Assembly: GCF_009914755.1 (NCBI RefSeq)
Contig: NC_060925.1
Source of the DNA: the human T2T-CHM13v2.0 reference genome, Homo sapiens
Direction: 5' to 3' (one strand)
Length of the DNA: 64,000 bases
The notes under the pieces are model-generated. The model was not told where the DNA came from. It saw nothing but the letters and a program-made list of their open reading frames with translations, and made no database searches. Position numbers and translations under genes: made by a program. Of the stretch, positions 1 to 20,671 are shown piece after piece (position 1 is the first letter of the stretch; each line of letters starts with the position of its first letter).

Positions 1-404
1 CTTGCCAGCCTTTCAAGGACTGCACTGTTGTCAACCTGAGACTCTAGCAAGAGAAGGGCCTCAGAGTTGGGTTTAGCTTTGACTCTCACATTTTGCAGGG
101 AGGGAAGAGGGTTTGCTGGAGCCATCGGGCATAAGAGGTAGCACGGTATAGTGGAGGGGCTTGTTCTGGTGGCAGGAAGGATAAGCCATGTGGGGTCTAG
201 AACTGAGGGCTCTAGACTTCCAGCCCAGTGCTCTCTCTGCTCTACCATGTTGCCTCTAGTTGGAGAGACAGGGCAGAAGTGATGGTAAAGAAGAGTTATT
301 GCCCAGGCAATGGGGCCCTGGGCAGGTCCCTCAGCACAAGGACACCTGTGATGAGGAGACAGAGGTGGGAGCGCCAGGCAGCCTAGAAGGCTTTTCTTCT
401 CTCT

Positions 405-1342
<938 letters not shown>

Positions 1343-1489
1343 TTAGCACAGAGCCTGGCACATAGTAAACACTAAGTAAAAGGGTGCTACTATTTTGAAC
1401 ACTGTAACTACAGAAATACAGTCAGTTCGATACATTTGTACACACAGGCACGTGACACTCACGGGGAGGTGGCTGGTGGGCTCTAGCGG

Positions 1490-2100
1490 CAGCAGGGCTG
1501 CGGATCCGCGTTCTCCCAGCTCCATTGCACTCCTCAGAGCGGTAGCCTCTGGGCTGAGAGAGTGGGCAACCCGCCTGCCCCACCTGGACTGGCCAGGCCT
1601 TTCCCTGTGCGCCCTAGGCTGGGCGGCTCAGCCGGTCTCCCAGGTCCCGGGAGGGGCGGAGCCGACGGGATGCGCGCCAGGCCCCGCCCCTCCTCCGGGC
1701 CCGCCCCCGGCCTGGCCATTGGCCGCAGAGCTCGGGGGCGTGGTCGAGCTGGGGCTGGGGGCGCCCGCGGTGCCCGCCCGCGAGTCTCGCTGCCTCCCTC
1801 CCGGGGCTGCGGGCCCGGCGGCCGGGCTGGCTGGGCCGCGCTTGGGTTCCCGCGCCGGCTCCCGCACCCGCAATGGGGAACTCACACCACAAGAGGAAGG
1901 CCCCCAGCGGTCCCCGGGTCCGCAGCTTCTGGCGGTTCGGGCGGTCGGCGAAGCGGCCGGCAGGTAGGGGCCGGGGTGGGGGCGGGGCAGGCAGGGAGGA
2001 GGGTCCCTACTGCGGTCGTCGCCACCGCTGCTGCCCCCTCCCGGGGCTTGGAGGGTGTGAGTGTGGGGGGGTCGGGAATCCCCGCGCAGACCCCACCCCT
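1490..2100 (+). promoter_or_regulatory. NHSL3: CpG island / promoter of upstream alternative NHSL3 first exon
   Basis: Dense CpG and very high GC. GC boxes (GGGGCGG ~1653, CCCCGCCCC ~1682, CCGCCCC ~1700) and an inverted CCAAT (ATTGG ~1718) lie just upstream of the ATG at 1873. CpG-rich sequence resumes at ~2590-2820. Confidence 0.8.
1873..1963 (+). CDS. NHSL3: NHSL3/KIAA1522 alternative coding first exon A (MGNSHHKRKAPSGPRVRSFWRFGRSAKRPA-G)
   Basis: ATG in good context (gcaATGG) and donor CAG|GTAGGG at 1963/1964. Phase 1, which joins in frame to the shared exon at 15570 (G+GC = Gly, then SAKAENDK). Confidence 0.75.
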
Positions 2101-2505
2101 CACAGGCACACGGAGACACACGTACACGGTAATACCTACGGGCGGGCACACGTACATGTTCGCAGTTTACACAGTCACACGCACAACACCCACTCAAATG
2201 TACGGACACGCAGACACAGGATCACATACACCATCACACCCACACTCGTACCATCGCAGTAGGACGCACACAGCCTGAGACATAGGTACATGTATACCTA
2301 TGCATGCGGTTTACACAGCCACACGAACTACACCCACGCGCAGATCCAGACACACAAGCACACAGTCGTTCACACACATCGGTCATGTGGGTACAGTTGC
2401 CCAGCGTCTTAGGCACACAGATGTACACACAGGTTCATAACTGCACAACCAACCGGACTCGCATTCAGGCTCACAGCAGACCCTAAGGCACTCGGACACA
2501 CACGC
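2095..2505 (+). repeat. Degenerate CA-rich low-complexity tract
   Basis: About 400 bp of imperfect CACAC units just downstream of the 1963 donor. Confidence 0.8.
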
Positions 2506-4143
2506 TTATTTCCCAGATCTTAGCCCCCAACAGGCTGAAGGCTGAAAGTTTGTAGGAGGGAGGGGAGACAAAGGTGGAAGGGAGAAGCTGGAAACCCGGG
2601 GCTGGAGTCTGGGGACCGCCTCCATCTGGCGCGATCGGGAGTCGGACTGGTTTTCTTGGCTCCCTCCCTACCCCCACCCGCGCCACCGCGACTTCTCCCC
2701 GCCTCCCCCCCTCCCCCGTCCCCACGGTCCCCGAGGTCGCCGCCGCATCTCCCCCTTTCAATGCAGCCACCGAGCTGGAACGCAGCCCTTGCCGGCTGCT
2801 GCGGGATCCCTCCGCGGGTCACATTCCAGGCTCCAATGGGGAGGGGAGGGAAAGGGGAAGGCCTCCAATCCCAAGAGATGGGATTCCTGTTTCCCCCAAC
2901 AAGTGCGGCAGTTCAGGGTATCCCCGAGGGGCGCTGAAGGAGGGGCTATCGAGAGTGCCTAGTTACTGGTGAATCCAGAGATGGGGGAAGGGCAGGGTGA
3001 TGGTACCATTCCCTCCTCCCCAAGATAGAGGGTCTTCAACATAGGCAGGCACTTTAGCGATACCTGTTGGTCTGGGGGAGTGAGGAAATCCCAGAGGAGG
3101 TGGAGTGAAGGGGGCCCTGCTGTGGTGGGAGAATCTACGGGTGTATTCCCAGGATGGCCCACATTCCTAGAGATTCCGAACCGGAGCTTGATGATCTCAT
3201 CGCTCCATGGAGGGGGTGGTGGAAAGAGCCTGGGCTGGGAAGTGGGGGACCTCTCCTCTCAATGAGGCTGTGGAATAGGCCCTGGTGACCTTGAGCAGAT
3301 TCCTTTCACTTGTCTGGACCACTCTGGCTCCTACAGGGGTTCTGTCTGTGAAATCAGGGGCCCTAGGTGACTTCTTGGGACACTTACTGTTCTGGCTAGC
3401 CATTTCATGGATGACGAGACTGAGGTCCAGGAAAGAGGGACTTGTCCAAGGTCATTTGCCTATGGTGGTTTGAGGTAGTAATATAATCAAAATGACAATA
3501 AGAAAAGGGTTAACTAAGTTCAGTTAGGCTCTTTGAGGATTTCTCAGAAGGTAGGTGTTGATGAGAATCTCCAGGACCTTCCAGCACTCTCCCTGCCCCA
3601 GCAGTCCTGAAAGCCCTGTCTGTGCCTACCTGTCTCTCCTAGAATCTGCACTAAGGGGGCAGGGCTGGGGCTCTTCATCTGTCCTCTGATGGTCGCTCGG
3701 ATCTGATGGTTTCCTAGGAACTAACTGTGGGCCCAGACTTGTGACCATTTGTGATGGAGGAGAGAGAAGATAAGAAGGCTGTGTTTATAGTCTCTTGCCT
3801 ACTGGCCCTTGAGGAAGTGGCCTGGGGCTTCCAGCAACACTTGTGAGCTTCCAGTTCCTGCTGCAACTTATGGGTCAACTCAAGCTTTAAGGCGTTCTGA
3901 AAAAAATTAGAAAGCAATGTCAAGACAACACAGAAATTAAGTGTGAGGGGCTAGGAAATATTCTAGGCAATATATCAAAAGCCTTCTGGGTTGGGGTCAG
4001 CTTTAGAAAACTGAGGAGATGGTCCTAATTTGTCTTTGAAGTAATCACAGGATTGAAATTAGTCCTAAATTGTTGGTTAAATGAGAGAACCAGGGATTTG
4101 TTTCAGCTGTGGGGTATGGCCGTGAGTAAAGGCATGGAGTTGA

Positions 4144-4765
<622 letters not shown>

Positions 4766-7700
4766 ATGGAGTTGAGACTGAGCATGGAGGTGGGAGGGAA
4801 AAGTAGCTGAGGGTCCTCTTGAGGTTCCATTGTGAATGTAAACCTCGGTACCTTTGGTTTTACTTGTGCTGAGGATCCTAAGTCATCCTCGGCCTCAGCC
4901 TCTGCTGTGACAAGCCCAGATGGGGACTGGAGCTTGAGTATAAGTACTCAAGTGCCAGTATAAGTACTCATTTCGTTAGTCTGTGAGAAGAGGAAGGAGA
5001 GAATACAAGGCAGGGAGAGAGGTCTGGAGTCTGCAGGCCACAGGGAGCCAGTGAAGGTGTTTGAGCAAGGGAGGAGTCTACAAAAGTGGGGTGTTAGGAA
5101 GATGGCTCTAGGGTGGGGGCAGGTGCAGGCAGGACAGGTTGAGGGGTGGGGTGGTGAGAGTGGAGGCTCAGAGACTGTTGCAGTAATCCAGGGGAGAGGT
5201 GATGAGGTGAGGGCTGGGGACAGGGTGGGGGTTGTGGGAGTGGAGAGGAGTGGCAGCTGCAGAGACACTTCGGAGGAAGTGGCTGAATTGATAAGACCTG
5301 GGATTAACCAGATGTTGAGAGTAAGGGCCAGAGGGAGCTGTGTGGGCTTCTGTGCTTGAGGCTGCTTGGCTGGGAGATGGTAGCAGAGATAAAAATAAGT
5401 CCCTATGCTGTCCCTTTACATCAGTTAATTCATTTGTCCTTTGTCCTCCAACAGTCCCACAAGCCACAGGCTATTCTCCCATTTTAGAGATGAGGAAGCT
5501 GAGTTCGGAGAAGTGAAGTCACTTTCTCAAGGCCACACAGCAAGGAGATGGCTGAATCTGGATTAAAACTCAAGCCTGTCACATTACAAAGCCTGTGCCC
5601 TTAATCAGTTTAGGAATAGAAGGGTGTCATCTTATGACACCCTGCACGTCCTCTGGGCAGAGAAAGCCTGCGGCCCCGGCCCCGGGGGATTTGGACTATG
5701 TAAAGAGGACTAGTGGAGGAAGCACTGTGGGGAGGGTTAGGGGTTGAGGACTAAGCATTAAAGCCTCCAAGCGCTTAGAGAGGAAGCAAGTGGGAAGGGG
5801 AAATCAAGACTCAAGGAAGCGTTGATCCCGCAGATCAAATGCCCTTGTAAGGTAGAGAAGGGTGAAGGTGTATGAGGTGAGGCCTCCTGACTGCTGGAAA
5901 GATACTGTAACCTGCCAGGATTGTTTGGTCTTGGCACTCAGGGATCCACCCAACTCTCCCCTTCCCAGGCTAGCTGAGCACTCGGTCCTGGGTAGGTTGG
6001 GGAATGGTGGTGGATGTGAATTGGTAACCCAGGAAGACCCGCCCTCTTCCTTTTCCCATGCATTGCACTGTCAAGCTCACACACATGGCCCTCCTTCTGG
6101 TTGGATTTATTGTTCCCATTGTGCACATGGGGAGACTGAGGGAAGGGACTGCTGGAGTCAGACCATCTGGAATTCTTTTCATCCTTCCCCCTGCCTGTAG
6201 ACCTGGAGGTTTAACTTCTTGGAGTCTGGGGTCTTTGGTAGGTTCCACAGCTGGACAAGGCTCCCTCCTCCATTCCCCCCATGTCTCGTCCCCTTTCTTG
6301 TGGGGAGACTTGTGATCAACTGCTTGGGTGACTTGCTTGTGGGAGCCCCGGGCTTCCAGATAAGAGGCTGGTCCAGCTCTCTCTGATCCCAGGGATCTGA
6401 GATAAGCGGAATCTCCTTGCTGCCCCAGGCCCCGACTCAAGGAAGGGAACCACTGACCCCCCTTCCTTCTAGGGGCAAAGTCATCCATGGTGAGGGCTCT
6501 TTGAAGATCATCTCTCCAACCCCTGCCACATCTCAGATGAAGAAACTGAGGCCCAGAAAAGCACAGTACCTGGCTCAGGATCATGTTGCAATTAAGGGGA
6601 AATGAAAGCTCCAACCTAGGAATCCTCACTCCAGGGCAGTGAGATCTGGTCTGGGCCTGGAATTCCCTTCCTTCCCAAACTGAGGGGTTAGGGCTGCCAC
6701 ATGGAGGGGTGTCACTAAGGAGAGATAGGGAGCTGATGTCAAGTGTTCCTTATCAGACCTTATCTTAATGGTCCTTAACCTTACTTGAGATTTGAAGAGA
6801 GCTGGAGTGGTGGGGAGAGGAGGCTGCTGGTGGCATAGGAAGAACATGATTTTGCAGCCAGTCAGAGTTGGGCTCACATCCTGCCTCTGCCATTTCTAGC
6901 AGTGTGACCTTGGGCAAGTCTCTGACCCTTGGGGTCAGGGTTTACACTAGATTGTGTGGCTTTCTTTAAGGTTCCCAGGCACTCTGTGATGTGGGTGTTA
7001 GTCCCACCTTACAGATGAGGGGACTGAGGCCCAGAGAGGCCAATTCCTTCATCCAAGGCCTGGAATCCAGACCTCCTGATTCCCAGCTCTTTCTTCTCCT
7101 TACTCTGTGGTGTCTGCCTCTGGCATCCATAAGATGGGGATAATCATGCCTTGAAGGAACTAAGGAAAGGGCTGTGGAAAGTTAGAATTGCGCCTTGGCT
7201 GAAAGGGATTATTATGTCATTGCTGGGAGCAAATACTGGCCCAGAAACTCATTAGGACATTTATTAATATTATCGTAGCTAATTCCTCCGTGCACTACTG
7301 CCTGTTCCCCCAGGGCACCCTGTGGGATGGGCTCCTCCCCTCCCTGCTCTGGGCACTCCCTGCCCCCCATTATTTACCTTAGAACCGGCCTGTCAGCTCT
7401 GTCCCTGCTGGGGTGGGGCTGGACACCAAGGGAAGGAAGGAGAGGGATTCCGGCACAGGTGGGGTGCAGAGCCCCTACTTTCTTTGGGCAGAGATTGAGG
7501 TCGTGCCCCTCCCCCAACTGCCCTTACCCATTAACTTTCTCAGACTTAGGATCACTAAGGTTGTTGGAGTGAGACCCAGGTTCAACCACTCCCTGGTTGG
7601 GTGACCTTGAGCAAGTTAGTCACTTTCCCTTGAGCCTCCTGGTGCTCATTTGTAAAAAGGAAACCACTCCTGCCTTTTAACTTTCTTGTTAGGTGTTCTG

Positions 7701-8050
7701 CGAGACAGTAGAAGAGAAAGTGTTTTGAGAACCGTAAAGTGCCTCCACCTGAAAGTTTGTTATGCTCATTTTCCTTTGTCTTGCCTCTTTGGGAATAAAA
7801 TCTACATTCTGGTTTCTGCTTCTGCTTCTAGAATGTGTAATGGTTGGGGAGCGGGGGCCTTCCTTTGTCCACCTGTGCAGTGAGGGGTTGAGGCTAAGGG
7901 CCTCTGAACACCCAGCATTCTGGCTCATGGGCTGGCCAGGGACAGTTCAGACAGGAGTAGGGAGTTGGGGGCTGGGTTGGCTTCAGAGGGTTCGGCCTCC
8001 TGAGCAAGGCCACCTGGACAGCTGTGCCCTCCCCCCTCATTCCTCTCCCC

Positions 8051-8168
8051 TGAGTCAGGCCTGCCTGGCTGTGGGCGCGCCACCACCCCCGCCCCTTGCT
8101 CTGGAATGGGGCAGGTTGAGGCCTCACCCCATGGAGGATGTTGCCAAGACAGTGCGTGCGCATGCGCG
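8051..8168. promoter_or_regulatory. Candidate intronic regulatory element: AP-1 site and NRF1 site
   Basis: TGAGTCA at 8051-8057 and TGCGCATGCGCG at 8157-8168. Confidence 0.45.
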
Positions 8169-8333
8169 TGGCCTTGGGAGGCAGTGGCTCCCTCCCCGAT
8201 TCTTCCCTTTCCCCAGGCTTAGGAAAGCCCCTGAGTAGGGGCTACACACACCTGTTTTTCTGTACACACAGCCCCTTGGCAGGCCCTGTGTGGGTCTGTG
8301 CGGTCGCTCATGGGTGAGGAAGGCAGGGACTAG

Positions 8334-8670
<337 letters not shown>

Positions 8671-10214
8671 ATGTGGGTGTGGTTTTGAGAGTGCCCACCT
8701 GCGGAGGTGGCCCCAGTGGGACGCTGCCTGCTGCCTGAGTCTCTGCCCTGGTAAACTGTCTCTGAGTTGAGGAGCCCGCAGGTGTGCTTCCCGGTGTGCC
8801 CTCCGTGCTGGGGGCGTGGCCACCAGGAGCAAGGTGTCTTCTCAGATCCAGGAAGCCTCCTCCCCCAGGCATGTTGGGGATGGGGGTGTGGTATGGGATG
8901 CTTCCCTCATGGCCTCAGCCCTAGGCTGCACCTCTGGACTGCCAGGGGCAGAAATCCCTGGAACAAGGACTCTAAGCGTGGCTGTGGGCAAGGTCTTTCC
9001 ACTCTCTGGACCTCAGTTTCTTTGTGAAGTACCCCTCCCAGTCACCTGAGACTCAGGTTGCTGAGCCCCTCCCCAAGCGAGCCACAGGTGTATAGATCTG
9101 GGGTGACTCGGAGAGGCTGCGAGCTCTGACTTGGGTGGGGAGGGGGAGGGGTGTCGCTGGGGCAACCAGATGTTATCAAGTGTAAGCCCTTGGATCTCTG
9201 GGAATTTGCAGCTGTGGCCCTGACTGCCAGCTGTGGGCCTGGGACCTTGATGAGCTGATGTTCCTCCACCCCCATCTTGGCAGGAGCTCAGCCCTTAGTT
9301 TCCCTGGTTAGAGGGTAGCTGAAGATGACTGTCCTGTGTGGTGAAAGGCTCCAGTTTTAGAGCCAGCCAGAGTTCAGGAAGTCACTTAGCTCTCTGAGCC
9401 TCGCAGGCCCATGATCAATTACTAGGAAAGTACCTTCCAGTACCTGCCTCGAAGAACTTTTGTAAGAGCCATGAGGACAGAGACTACGTTTTGCCTTTCA
9501 CCACGACCTGGCATGGTGCCTGGCATGAATTAATCACCCTGCAAATGTCGGTCTACTGGTCTTTTCTGTTTGTGTGAGACTGATAAGAAGAGTGGGTGGG
9601 TGGGTGGATCTGGCCTAAGAGGGGAAGAGTGGGGAAGGTAGGTGGTCGAGAAACCTCCAATTTGTAGGGATGATGGGGTCCCATGACCCTTTTTCAGAGG
9701 GGAGATCAGGTTTGTAGCTGGCACAGTGCACAGAACGTGGCTTTTGGATTCAAGTTGTTCTGAGTGAGAATACTGCTTTGCCATTTACACCATGGAGGCC
9801 AGAGAGGGCAGCTTTATAATGCTTGCTCCCTCTGGTTTCCATTTCCTCATCTATAAAATGGGAATAAAAGTGCCTACTTCTTAGGATTATTGTTTAGATC
9901 TCATTGATTTGTTGATGTGACTATTCAGCTCCACAAATGTTTGTTCTCTGGAGAGCAAGATCTCAGCTTGTACTTGAGTAGTCTCCAAGAGGCCAGTGTT
10001 AGGGTGGCAGCAACTGGGGAAGGAACTGCAGGGGGGTCATGTTGCTTGGGAGCCTCTGTGAATTTTTAGTTCCCTAGGGACTCAGAGAGAAAGATGCTAT
10101 GACAGAGAGGTGTCCTTAGGCACGGCTGGTGGGATACTGCACAGATACATATATATAGTTCACAGACTCTCTTTCACAGTCTCTGCTATGTTTTTTAGAG
10201 TTATCAGGGGAATC

Positions 10215-12546
<2,332 letters not shown>

Positions 12547-13319
12547 CAATCTTAAAAAGAGGAGTTATTAGCCTTATTTTCATATGAGATCGTGACTTGT
12601 GTGATGGAGCTGGATTTGAACCTCGACCTGACTTCTTTTCCAGTACTTCTCCACCTCACCTCCTTTTTTACTGCCTTCACCCATGGACTGTTTCTTGGCT
12701 AATTCTGTTCTCCCTGCCTGGTGATCCAGGACAGAATCACTGACAGCGTGGGGCCAATGTGAAGAATTCCAGGCTAGGGGAGAAGGAGGTCTGCTTTGAA
12801 GTCTAGCCTCTGCAAGATTAAGTGTGATCTTGGAGAGTTTACTGTGTTTCTCTGGGCTTCTGATGTCACATTGCCAAAGTAGGAAGAAAGTCCTTTGGAA
12901 AGTGTGGGGCTGAACCTATGTATGAGGGGCTGTACTGCCAGCCACTGTGGTTCTGCTCTGGGCATCTCCCTGGCTTCCCAGGACTGTGTCCTGGGACTGG
13001 CCCCTGCCCCTCTGGGGGCCTCTGCCCACAGCCTTGCCATCCCACTAGCAGCTCTGGGCTCCTGCCTGGCTGCTGCAGGCTCCGAGCTCTTTCCCCAGGG
13101 AATTACGCTAGGCAGCCAGGAGGCTTGCAGGTAGGCACCCTGCCAAGTCTAGTCTGGTAGCCCCTCCACCTACCATCTGGCAGCTGGGACCCCTGCCTTA
13201 ACTCTGGACTTGCAGGCAGGGTGAGTGATCTGCTGCTGGATTGAGTATCTTCGGTCCTCCTAATCATACTCTACTGGAGCAGAGCACCCACGGACTCCTG
13301 GCCTCAGTTGCCTTTCTGT

Positions 13320-13552
13320 GCCCCTGCACCCCATTTAAGGGGTGGGGTCGGCAGATGGGCGGGATCAGTGGCGAAGGTGGGAGGAGGACATGGAGAGCAG
13401 CCCCTCCCCCTCCTCTGTCTGGAGCCGGTGCTCTGCGGCGGGGCGGGAGGGCTCGCATCCCCATAGTGCTGGGTTACAGTGAAGGTACGCCCCGCGCTCT
13501 GCTCTGGAGAGGCAGGGTGGGATAGGGAACGTCTCGAGTGGCGCCCGCAGTC
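13320..13552 (+). promoter_or_regulatory. NHSL3: Internal promoter/5' UTR of exon B with CArG box and GC box
   Basis: Local CpG enrichment, perfect CArG CCATTTAAGG at 13331-13340 and GGGGCGGG at ~13440. Confidence 0.6.
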
Positions 13553-13610
13553 ATGGTGGTGTTCGTTGGCCGCCGCCTCCCGGCGCTCCTAGGGCTGTTT
13601 AAGAAGAAGG
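13553..13610 (+). CDS. NHSL3: NHSL3/KIAA1522 alternative coding first exon B (MVVFVGRRLPALLGLFKKK-G)
   Basis: gtcATGG start and strong donor AGG|GTGAGT, phase 1. I recognise this as the N-terminus of KIAA1522. Exon sum 58+171+56+124+114+2562+23 = 3108 nt = 1035 aa plus stop. Confidence 0.92.
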
Positions 13611-15029
13611 GTGAGTGGGTGTGGCTTGGGGGGAGGGGAGGGATGCTCGATGCCTCCCTTTCCCAGACCCTTATGTAGAATGAGGAATCAAGGCTGGGCA
13701 AAAGTAATGGGGTGGGGCTGGGGGCTGATAATGAGGCCAGAATCTCCCATCCGGCTGTGCTTTTGTCCAGCCGCTTTGTTGCTGCCTTTGTCTGGGCCCT
13801 GCTTGTGGGTTGGGAGGATGGATCCAGGTGTCTCTGACCTTGAAGCCTGCAGCCCTCCCGTGAGACTTGCCTCCCTGCCGGGGTACCCACACTTTACTGG
13901 GTACAGCCTCCCAGTCAAGATGTACTAGCCTTTCCTAGTGTGCCGGGGAGGATGGGACGTGGGCGGCCCAGAAGAGAGGAGAGTAGTACCACTGGAAGTT
14001 GGGAAGCCTGCTCAGTGAAATCCTGTTTAGAGGCCTGGGAATGGAGAAGTTTTGGAGGGAGGGGCCTGTTCCTCCTTCCTTCTCCTAGGAATTGGGCTTT
14101 CAGACCTGGATTAAGACATAGGGACAAGAGTTTATTGGACTTTTGAGGGTTGGGGGCCCCTACTCTGAGTGTGATCCGGGAGTCCCCTCTGGGAACCTGG
14201 AGTTGAGTCCAGGGTCAGTCTGACTCCTACTGCTGGGTGACCTTAGGCAAGGCCTTGCCCCTTTGAACCGTTTCCCCACTTGTAAAATCTGGGGATCTCG
14301 GGCACTGGTCTGGTTGGATCTGTTGGGGGCCTCCTAGCTCTGACCTGTGGGATTCCTGCAGACTCCCTAGGGCAGGAGCTCTGGCTGTTGACGAATGGGC
14401 TGAGGGAGGAGGAAAGGCAGGTTTCTGAACTGAAGACCCTGCTCCTGGAGCATGGCCCTTTAAAGGGCTTGTTTTGTTCCCGTCCCTTTATAAGGTGTTA
14501 CCAAGGTCACATGACCCTTCCAGCGCTTTTGCTTATGTTGTGGGTTTCATTTAAAGGGGGGGCTGGGGCTGCAAAGTGCTGACACAGCCCCCCATCCCCA
14601 GGATTAGATGGCCAGCCCCTCCACAGGCGGGGCTTGTAACAGGATCCTTTGTAATGGATCCCTGGCTCCTCTGCAACAGGGGCCAGGGCCAGGGCCAGGG
14701 CCTCCAGGAGAGGGGGATACCTGGGACTATTTCCCCAAGAGAGACTGGAGCTCCCTTGGGCGGGTGGAGGGGCCTGGGTCTTTCTTCTCCCCTCCCCTGC
14801 CCATCCTTCCACTAAGGGGCAGCCACATGGGTGAGTAGGGGACCCAGGAGGCTATCTCCTTGGTCTGCATCCCCCCTAGGATTTTCTGGGAATATGGTTG
14901 TAACTCATGCCAGCTGTCTCTCCTTCCTGATTTCCCGTGATATCTTCTTCCTGGACCTGGTTCAAGTGGTGGCATGAAAAGAGTGGTTTGTTTTCCTGTG
15001 AAGTGGGGTTTTGGGTATGGAGGCGAGAG

Positions 15030-15430
15030 CAATGTATTTACTATGGGCTATGTGTATACTCGGGATGTTTTTTGTGGGGCTCTGAGTGACGTGTGAGTAC
15101 ATAGTCGTGTGTATACTTGGTTACTGTTTGTGTATATACAGAGCAGGGACTGTGGGTGTTGTGTGTTTACGTGCGGGCTGGGTGTGCTTGGTGTGTGTAC
15201 CTATGTGTGTTTATACTCGGATGCCCTTTGTTTATATACATGAATGACATCTGTGAGTGCTGTGTACGTACACAGTAGACCTGTGTACCTGTGTGCCCTG
15301 TGTGTGGGGCCTTATATGGGGCCCTTTGTGTGGTGTGGGTACTCAGATTTATGTACACTTGGGTGTAGTTTGTGTATATGGGGGCTGTGTGTGTTGAGTG
15401 TTTATTCCAGAACTGTGGATTATGTGTCCA
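15030..15430 (+). repeat. Degenerate TG-rich low-complexity tract
   Basis: About 400 bp of imperfect GTGTG units ending ~140 nt before the 15570 acceptor. Confidence 0.8.
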
Positions 15431-15490
15431 GACTGGGGAAGGGGGCATTGCTTGTATATGCAATGGCCGTGTGCAGTCTGGGGACCATGA

Positions 15491-16014
<524 letters not shown>

Positions 16015-16093
16015 TGAACCCTGAGGGCTAGTTCAGGGTTGCTCAGTGCTAGGTGATGCTGGAGGGGATCTGTGACTCAAAAGTTCGAGTGGG

Positions 16094-16376
16094 AGGCTGG
16101 GCGAGGTGGCTTACACCTGTAACCCCAGCACTTTGGGACGCTGAGGTGGGCGGATCACTTGAGGTCAGGATTTTGAGACCAGCCTGGCCAAAGTGGTGAA
16201 ACCCTGTCTCTACTAGAAATACAAAAATTAGCCAGGCATGGTGGGAGGGTACCTATAATCCCAGCTGCTTGAGAGGCTGAGGCAGGATAATTGCTTGAAC
16301 TTGGGAGGCGGAGGTTGCGGTGAGCCAAGATTTCGCTACTGCACTCCAGCCTGAGCTGGATTTGTCTCAAAAAAAA
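16094..16376 (+). mobile_element. AluS
   Basis: Alu consensus; near-TSD AAAAGTTC.A.TGGGA. Confidence 0.88.
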
Positions 16377-16434
16377 GTTCCAATGGGGAGCCTTGAGGAG
16401 ACAGCCCCACCCAGATCTCCTTCTACCCTGATAG

Positions 16435-16662
<228 letters not shown>

Positions 16663-16751
16663 TGAATTCGGGAAACACAGTACCCTGTGTCCTCTTGCAC
16701 ATTCGTGATACACACTAACTATAAAGCAGTTAAGAGTTAGAAAATCTTGGC

Positions 16752-17068
<317 letters not shown>

Positions 17069-17428
17069 TTAACTGTTGGAAGCCTGGTGTAACTAACTAG
17101 TGCCAGCTGTGTGACCTTGGGAAAACCCTTAACCTCTCTGAACTTCTGTTTGATGTTCTATAAAAATGAGGATAAGTACCCTATTGGAATGAATGCCAAA
17201 TGTTTAGAATGACGACTAACACGTAATAATATGTTTACTAAATAGTAAGCTATCACTAAAGGGAAATTACCATCATTGACTTAGTAGCCTTAGTCTTACA
17301 GAAAGAAGCCTCTAGCTTTGTTTAACCTAGCCTTGCCCATACCTACTTGACTGTGGAAACCATTTCTCGCAGAGCTCTTATTACAAAAGTAGTGCCCTGC
17401 AGAATGTGCCTGGAGTCCTTTGCTCTAA

Positions 17429-20260
<2,832 letters not shown>

Positions 20261-20648
20261 TGATGATGGGAAGTAGGAATCTGAAGTCCCGCCATGGGGG
20301 ATTTGTTCTTGGATCTTTAACTTTTCTGGTCTGAGAATGCCTGGGAAGGGCAAGCTGTCACCCTTGCTGGGGCCCAGAGGAGAATGGTGTGTGAGTGTCA
20401 GGCCTACTGTGTTTGAATTCCAACTTTGCCTCTTTCCCTACCCTTCCTAGCTACATTGTAAAGTGTGGGGCAGTGACACCTACATTATAGTGTCTGAACA
20501 TGTGTAGGGTGTCCAGCCCAGTGCTGCGGGCACTGTCAGTAAATCAAAGCGGTAAGAAGGTTGGGTGAGGGTATGCTTTGTTGGGCTCCTAGTGCCAGAA
20601 CCAAGCCAGGAGGCCCCTTGCTAAGTGTCTCTTATTTTTCTCCCCCAG

Positions 20649-20671
20649 ACTCACAGAAAGAGCTGGCCTGA
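20649..20671 (+). CDS. NHSL3: NHSL3 terminal coding exon (DSQKELA-stop)
   Basis: Long pyrimidine tract + cccccag| acceptor, then G+AC TCA CAG AAA GAG CTG GCC TGA. Confidence 0.88.

Noticed and set aside
1395-2972. Several overlapping 90-240 aa ORFs on both strands
   Set aside because: Expected from stop-poor CpG-island and CA-rich sequence. Only 1873-1963 has a Kozak ATG plus an in-phase donor.
13390-13482. Possible uORF (ATG 13390, out of frame with MVVF, stops ~13480)
   Set aside because: The transcription start is unknown, and the ATG may lie upstream of it.
13548-13552. CAG two bases before the exon B ATG that would splice in frame to exon A
   Set aside because: There is no polypyrimidine tract upstream, so use as an acceptor is unsupported without junction reads.
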